This document shows, one piece after another, positions 58,714-64,000 of a DNA stretch of 64,000 nucleotides. The number at the start of each line of letters is the position of its first letter. Position 1 is the stretch's first letter. The stretch spans positions 1,088,001 through 1,152,000 of the forward strand of contig CP009479.1 of assembly GCA_000965745.1 (NCBI GenBank). The letters are read 5' to 3'. Below the pieces are notes generated by a model. That model made no database searches, was not told the DNA's origin, and worked only from the letters and a program-made list of their open reading frames with translations. The DNA is from an uncultured archaeon. GTDB taxonomy: Archaea; Thermoplasmatota; Thermoplasmata; Thermoplasmatales; Thermoplasmataceae. A program made the position numbers and the translations under genes.

Positions 58714-59832
58714 ATGATAATGCTTTCCCGTCTAGTATACGCGATGAACTGGTATAACCTGTCTCCTGCCATAGGCCAGATATCGAGGGCATTTGGAGTG
58801 AACTTTGCCGAAACGAGCCTCCTGTTTTCCTTCTTTCTCTTTGGGGCGGGAACATTCCAGATACCTGCGGGCATACTTGCTACCAGAATCGGGTCAAAGA
58901 AGGTTGCCATGAGCGGATTGTTCGTGATGGCGTTTACTGCAATACTTTCAACTTTTTCACCAAGCTATTTTGCCCTCATAACTCTGAGATTCATCACCGG
59001 GTTCGCTGCTGCATTTTTCTTCTCTTCGGCAATAGGAATACTCAACGAACTCTACCAGAGGGACATTACCAAAATGGTGGGAATATACAACGGCTTCTTC
59101 GCTATCGGTGGTGGCGTTGGCATATTCCTTTTCACCCCTATTGTGAACTCGATGGGCTGGAGGATGGGATTTCTTATTGCAGGACTTGTGACACTAGTTG
59201 TGGCTGCGGTCACGACATACAGCCTGCCGAAAACACGCATAACTGGAAAATTCAACATGAAGGCAGTGACTGAGAGGCTGACAGACAAGACAATATGGCT
59301 CGTCGCCCTTGGCCTGGACGGCCTGTGGGGGCTGAACTTCACTTTCTCCGAGTATTTCAAGTCGTATGCGATATTCATAGGCCAGCCAGAAATAATTGCA
59401 GGCTTGATGGGCGGCATGATCCTTTTCCTTGGAATTGTAGGGGGCTACCTTACTGGGGCTTTGAGGAAGTACAGCCCGTTGAGGACAGTTTCGATTCTTA
59501 CAACAATCGTGGGGGCCTCCATTGCAGTCATTCCTTTCCTGGCCGGCTACACAATATGGATGCCGGTGATTCTTGACGGGGTGTTCTCTGTCGTGATAGT
59601 GTCAATGGAATACGGCATACTGATCAGGCTGAACAAGGACCCGCGTTATGTCCCTCTGAGTCTGGGAACAGTCAACTCAATACAGATAGGCTTCGGGTCC
59701 CTCATTCCATTTGCATTTGCATTCCTGAACAAGGGAAATTACACTTTCTCCTGGATATTCCTGGGGCTGCTTTCAATTGTGCTCCTCCCACTCCTCTGGC
59801 TTGAGCTGAGGAACAAGCACGTTGAAACGTGA
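58714..59832 (+). CDS. MFS transporter
   Basis: About 12 TM segments; GILATRIGSKK, LRFITG. Confidence 0.9.
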   Translation: MIMLSRLVYAMNWYNLSPAIGQISRAFGVNFAETSLLFSFFLFGAGTFQIPAGILATRIGSKKVAMSGLFVMAFTAILSTFSPSYFALITLRFITGFAAAFFFSSAIGILNELYQRDITKMVGIYNGFFAIGGGVGIFLFTPIVNSMGWRMGFLIAGLVTLVVAAVTTYSLPKTRITGKFNMKAVTERLTDKTIWLVALGLDGLWGLNFTFSEYFKSYAIFIGQPEIIAGLMGGMILFLGIVGGYLTGALRKYSPLRTVSILTTIVGASIAVIPFLAGYTIWMPVILDGVFSVVIVSMEYGILIRLNKDPRYVPLSLGTVNSIQIGFGSLIPFAFAFLNKGNYTFSWIFLGLLSIVLLPLLWLELRNKHVET

Positions 59833-59928
59833 TCAAGCATCAGACCTGAAGTGCGTAATTAGTATTCCTCATTTCAGGGCCTATCAGGAGATTTAAATAC
59901 CTTCAGTTAAATCAATTGGTACAGGATA

Positions 59929-61173
59929 ATGAGGATATCCAAATCCCTGAAGATTCCGGCGTCGCTATGTATAAGGTGCAGAGGCACCAAGATGCTCTGC
60001 GGTCTTTCGTACTGCCCGATTACTGTAAAGAACCTCGTAGAACCGAAGCTAAAGCAGATCAAGGGCAACGAGCTTACGGGATCGTCTCCCCCTTCGGTTT
60101 TTGTTGGAAGGTTCGGCTATCCCAAGGTCAGGCTTTACCCGTCATCACCGCCCGTGATCGGTGATACGTCAGATTATGAAGACCCCGGGAGATGGATCAA
60201 TATTGCCATGGATGAGTTTCTAAGCAAGAGGCTCTCTCTTTTGCGTGGAGGGATGATAGCGGAAGTCCATGGGGCATCAGACCCGACAAGGACCCTGCAG
60301 GATGTCCAGCTGATGTCCATGTCCCGTGAACCCACAACGGTCAATATGCAGTTTTCAAAGAGCCTTTCAAGCGACAGGTCAGTGCTCGACGACCACGTGA
60401 CTCCAATGGGTCCATGGTCTCCGCTGAAGAAACTTGAAATTGAGCCCGGAAAACATGAACTTGTTGTAGAGAAGGTATGGGGCGATGCAGACTTCAAAGC
60501 CCAGAACGCCATGTTTGAACTCTACAAATCGGGAATCAAGGAGTACAGGATATCGAAGATACTGAGCGTGGGAGCCATCGGAGTCTCAAAGAAAAGAAAA
60601 ATGGTTCCCACAAGGTGGTCCATCACTGCAACAGACAAGTCACTCTCTGATCAGGTTGTCGCTGATATAAAGGGATATTCCACCGTTGATGAGCACCTTG
60701 TTTATGTAAGAAAAACCTCAGGAAACCTCTTCATGGCAATACTGAGCCCGAGAAGCTGGATGTTTGAATGGGGCGAGTCATGGTTCCCGGGAAGCACATG
60801 GAACCAGTGGGGAAGTGCAGCACAGGTTGAGATAGATCATGAGGGATATTACGGAAGGAAGGACTACCCCGGAATTGGCGGTTGCTATTACGCGAGCCGG
60901 CTGGCGGTTGCTGAAGCTCTCGCAACCATGAAAAGGCAGGCTACTGCAACCCTCTGGAGAGAAATATACCCTGGATTTAACCTTCCTGTTGGCGTCTGGT
61001 TTGTAAGGGAGAACATGAGGGCAATGTTTGCCACTAAGCCCTACAGGTTCAGCACTTTCCAGGACGCAGTCGATTTCCTGTCAAAATACACTAAGGTGCC
61101 GGTTAAGTACTGGCTTGCAAAATCCGGAAACTATCCGTTCCTTCGTACGGGAGGACTTGATGACTATCTGTAG
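59929..61173 (+). CDS. nreA: Nre-family archaeal DNA repair protein
   Basis: CIRCRG...CG...CP, GSSPPSVFVGRFGYPKV, VPTRWSITATD, GGCYYASR, PVGVWFVRE; PIP-like tail LDDYL. Confidence 0.92.
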   Translation: MRISKSLKIPASLCIRCRGTKMLCGLSYCPITVKNLVEPKLKQIKGNELTGSSPPSVFVGRFGYPKVRLYPSSPPVIGDTSDYEDPGRWINIAMDEFLSKRLSLLRGGMIAEVHGASDPTRTLQDVQLMSMSREPTTVNMQFSKSLSSDRSVLDDHVTPMGPWSPLKKLEIEPGKHELVVEKVWGDADFKAQNAMFELYKSGIKEYRISKILSVGAIGVSKKRKMVPTRWSITATDKSLSDQVVADIKGYSTVDEHLVYVRKTSGNLFMAILSPRSWMFEWGESWFPGSTWNQWGSAAQVEIDHEGYYGRKDYPGIGGCYYASRLAVAEALATMKRQATATLWREIYPGFNLPVGVWFVRENMRAMFATKPYRFSTFQDAVDFLSKYTKVPVKYWLAKSGNYPFLRTGGLDDYL

Positions 61174-61181
61174 GTGGTAAG

Positions 61182-62036
61182 ATGAGAAATGTCACTGTAA
61201 AAGAGATAAGGACGTCTTCAGCCCTTACGAAATCAGGCCTGCCTGAACTTAAATATGCCCTCAACCCGTATCTCGGGTGCCTGCACGGCTGCGTGTACTG
61301 TTACGCAATGGATTTTACCAATGATAGGGAAGCAGCCGGCAACTGGGGTTCAGTAATAGCAGTAAAAATAAACATACTCGAGGCACTGAAAAAGGACATC
61401 AGCCGACTTTCCAGAGGTGTGGTGGGCGTGTCAACGGTCACGGATCCGTATCAGCCCGTTGAAGGGAAGTACAGGCTGACCAGGAACTCTATCGACATGC
61501 TTTCAAGGAATGGATTCAGGGTATCAATCCAGACTCGATCTCCCCTGGTCACAAGAGATCTGGACATAATGCAGAAGAATCCCGGCATGTTCGATCTTGG
61601 AATGACAATTGCCTCGCCTTCAGAATCGCTTACTGATATGATAGAACCCGGGGCACCATCACCTGCTTCAAGGATGGGTGCCCTGAGGAAGGCTTCAGAA
61701 ATGGGTATTGAGACATGGATTTTCCTGGGTCCCCTTATCAGGGGGTTCAATGACACAGATGAACAGGTAAGTGAAATAATAGAATTTGCAGCAGAAAACG
61801 GATCAAGGGTGATATACGACAAATTTTCCCCATACAGGGGTCCGGCAAAGCTCATGGAAAACATCCTCCCGGAAGGAAAGTATGACTACATCAGGCATGC
61901 TGACAGGAAATGGTGGGAATCGATGAGGTCCACTATCATGAAGAAATGTGAAAAGTCTGGAGCAAAATGCAATTCGCAGGCAGAGGACTGGAAATACGAG
62001 AAGGCAAAGCTCGTCAGGCCACTGACCGATTTCTGA
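61182..62036 (+). CDS. Radical SAM protein, SplB/COG1533-like
   Basis: LNPYLGCLHGCVYCYA, TVTDPYQPVE, TRSPLVTRD, IEPGAPSP. Confidence 0.92.
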   Translation: MRNVTVKEIRTSSALTKSGLPELKYALNPYLGCLHGCVYCYAMDFTNDREAAGNWGSVIAVKINILEALKKDISRLSRGVVGVSTVTDPYQPVEGKYRLTRNSIDMLSRNGFRVSIQTRSPLVTRDLDIMQKNPGMFDLGMTIASPSESLTDMIEPGAPSPASRMGALRKASEMGIETWIFLGPLIRGFNDTDEQVSEIIEFAAENGSRVIYDKFSPYRGPAKLMENILPEGKYDYIRHADRKWWESMRSTIMKKCEKSGAKCNSQAEDWKYEKAKLVRPLTDF

Positions 62037-62101
62037 AACGAATTATGTAGAATGGATGGCAGGCTACACAAGAATTATATGTCCGCTAGTCTTGTTTTAC
62101 T

Positions 62102-63184
62102 ATGGTTGTACAGGACATTTTCAGAAATTTGCAGGAAACGGACACCATTCTGATCATGAACGGTGGAGAAAACGCGATTGACAAGACATTCTTCTATCTC
62201 ACCGGTGCTGAAAGCGGATTATTCGAGGGATCCGCCGTAATCGCAAATGAAGACAGGATAGAACTGATAGCATACAACCTTGAGGAGCAGTCTGCAAGGG
62301 AAACTGGAAAGGAGGTCACAGTTGTTGACACAAAGAGGCAGATGGAAGAAAAAGTTGCGGAAAAGCTGAAAGGAAAAAACAAGATAGGGGTGAACCTGGA
62401 ATCGCTGACCGCAAATATGTTCTCCAGCATCAAGAAGCTACTCCCCGGAAGTGAATTTATTGATGTATCAAAAATAATCGCAGATGCAAGGACGACTAAG
62501 TCTCCTGACGAGATAAAAAAACTTCGGGAGGCCGCCAGGATTGGAAGCGAGATTTACACGGATGTTCTCGACAACCTCAAGGAAGGAATGAAAGAGACGG
62601 ATGTCGCAGCTGACCTCGTTCATGGGATGATGAGGGGAGGAGCTACGGGGCCTTCTTTCATGCCAATTGTAGGCTTCGGCTCAAACAGCTCGATACCGCA
62701 CTACTTCCCTGGAGAAAGGAAACTGAAAAAGGGGGATTTTGTCCTTACCGATTATGGTGCCCTTTACAAGCGGTATTGCTCAGACATCACAAGGACAGCA
62801 GTTTTCGGAAGAGCCACCGATCAGCAGAAGGAGATGTATGAGATTGTCCGCAGGGCACAGATGGAAAGCATGCACATGATAAAGGCGGGTGCCAATGGCA
62901 GGCTTGTAGACAGGAAGGCCCTGGAAGTTATTGATGCAACAAAATACAAGGGACGCTTCATGCACGGCCTGGGCCATGGGCTCGGATTAGAAGTTCATGA
63001 CCATTCAGCACTGGGCAGGACGGAGGATTTGGAGCTTAAGGAGAATATGGCAATCACCGTTGAGCCCGGAATCTACATACCTGATTACGGCGGAGTCCGC
63101 ATAGAGGATGATGTGCTCGTGAAAAAGGACGGTTTTGAACAGATCACGGGCAACTCCTCAAAGGAGTTGCTGGAGGTATCCTGA
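62102..63184 (+). CDS. pepQ: Xaa-Pro dipeptidase/aminopeptidase (M24B)
   Basis: PHY, DYGA...YCSDITRT, HGLGHGLGLEVHD, EPGIY, GVRIEDD. Confidence 0.92.
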   Translation: MVVQDIFRNLQETDTILIMNGGENAIDKTFFYLTGAESGLFEGSAVIANEDRIELIAYNLEEQSARETGKEVTVVDTKRQMEEKVAEKLKGKNKIGVNLESLTANMFSSIKKLLPGSEFIDVSKIIADARTTKSPDEIKKLREAARIGSEIYTDVLDNLKEGMKETDVAADLVHGMMRGGATGPSFMPIVGFGSNSSIPHYFPGERKLKKGDFVLTDYGALYKRYCSDITRTAVFGRATDQQKEMYEIVRRAQMESMHMIKAGANGRLVDRKALEVIDATKYKGRFMHGLGHGLGLEVHDHSALGRTEDLELKENMAITVEPGIYIPDYGGVRIEDDVLVKKDGFEQITGNSSKELLEVS

Positions 63185-63191
63185 ACTATTT

Positions 63192-64000
63192 ATGGAAGAT
63201 GCCGGGGGCGTTTATGATGTGGCCGTAATAGGGGCCGGCATCACCGGCCTGACATCGGCCTATTATATCAAGAAGAACGACCAAAGCCTGAGGGTCATCG
63301 TGATCGACCGTGCACGGTCATTCGCCCAGGGCAACACAGGAAGGGCAACAGCAGGCTTCAGGGACCTGTTCTCATCGGGCATAAACTTCAACCTTTCCAA
63401 TTCATCTATCTCTTTTTACAGGAGCATCCAGGACGGCTCAAATTATGACATGGGTATGAAATTCGTCGGATACATGTTCCTTCTCAATGAAGACGATTCG
63501 AGGCTGGATGTCCTCGATGAAGTGAGAAGGAAAACAAAAGTCCGGGTTCTCGGGAGGGACGAATTGGAAGGCATAAGAGGGCTATCGTTGGAAATGCCGG
63601 GCGAGGAAAGCTCTCTGCTCGGCATAAAGCCGGCAGTTTCTGCCTATATTGGGGAAAATTGCGGCATCTTCGAGCCCGATCTCGTGGCAGGGTTCTACTT
63701 CGATGAGCTCAGGAAAATGGGAGTTGAGTTTCTCTTCAATACCGACGTCAAGAAATTGATCCTCACCCCACGCGAGCCTCTTGATTACCCCGGGGAACCT
63801 TTTCTCTGGCAGGATAAGAAGATAGGGGGGCTGGATATCAGCAGGGGCGAGATAAGGGCCGATTTCTACGTCATAGCAACGGATGTATGGACAGACTTCC
63901 TGCTTGGGCCGGTTGGCATCGACAGCCATATGCGCCCAAGAAAGAGGCAGGTTTTTCAGATCGGCGGACCACATGTGGAAGCTATGCTGACCGAATTCAG
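63192..64000 (+). CDS. FAD-dependent oxidoreductase (DAO/sarcosine-oxidase-like), runs off the window
   Basis: Hand translation MEDAGGVYDVAVIGAGITGLTSAYYIKK...AQGNTGRATAG (GxGxxG). Confidence 0.88.
   Translation, partial: MEDAGGVYDVAVIGAGITGLTSAYYIKKNDQSLRVIVIDRARSFAQGNTGRATAGFRDLFSSGINFNLSNSSISFYRSIQDGSNYDMGMKFVGYMFLLNEDDSRLDVLDEVRRKTKVRVLGRDELEGIRGLSLEMPGEESSLLGIKPAVSAYIGENCGIFEPDLVAGFYFDELRKMGVEFLFNTDVKKLILTPREPLDYPGEPFLWQDKKIGGLDISRGEIRADFYVIATDVWTDFLLGPVGIDSHMRPRKRQVFQIGGPHVEAMLTEF

Overview
Archaeal DNA, most likely a Thermoplasmatales acidophile (mevalonate-3-kinase, Sec61-beta, gcvPA/PB, archaeal RPA, Nre). Housekeeping blocks occupy about 1-3.4 kb and 49.5-64 kb, with a metabolic/accessory block at about 10.8-20.3 kb. 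There are two tRNA integration hotspots. (1) tRNA-Thr(CGT) at 3350-3422 is followed by several copies of its own 3' half (5901, 5958, 8392, possibly 7125). These separate small integrase-less cassettes: a 601-aa secreted protein, an empty 51-bp unit, VapBC and DUF998. (2) A 28.8-kb element (20686-49488) is integrated at the 3' end of tRNA-Glu(CTC), bounded by the 11-bp direct repeat TGCTCCGGTCG. It carries a Zn-ribbon tyrosine integrase, a divergent wHTH / AbrB-ORF-SF3 helicase replication module with iteron-like GGTAACG repeats, a decayed tail-fibre-like gene, and three IS elements with intact ends (IS3, IS21, IS5). Its cargo is dense and defence-like: an HNH+DGQHR pair, an 885-aa two-TM repeat protein with a possible Cas2/VapD-like module, a PLD-SNF2 helicase plus Eco57I-like m6A MTase, an HsdR_N-SeqA-like nuclease, AbrB-NYN, and a two-gene unit whose PD-(D/E)xK nuclease appears to start at ATA. 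The best candidates for an undescribed system are the HNH-DGQHR pair, the 885-aa membrane protein and the terminal 357-aa + nuclease pair, all inside a PICI/satellite-like element. No CRISPR array or rRNA was seen. All family calls come from motif recognition by eye; no searches were run.
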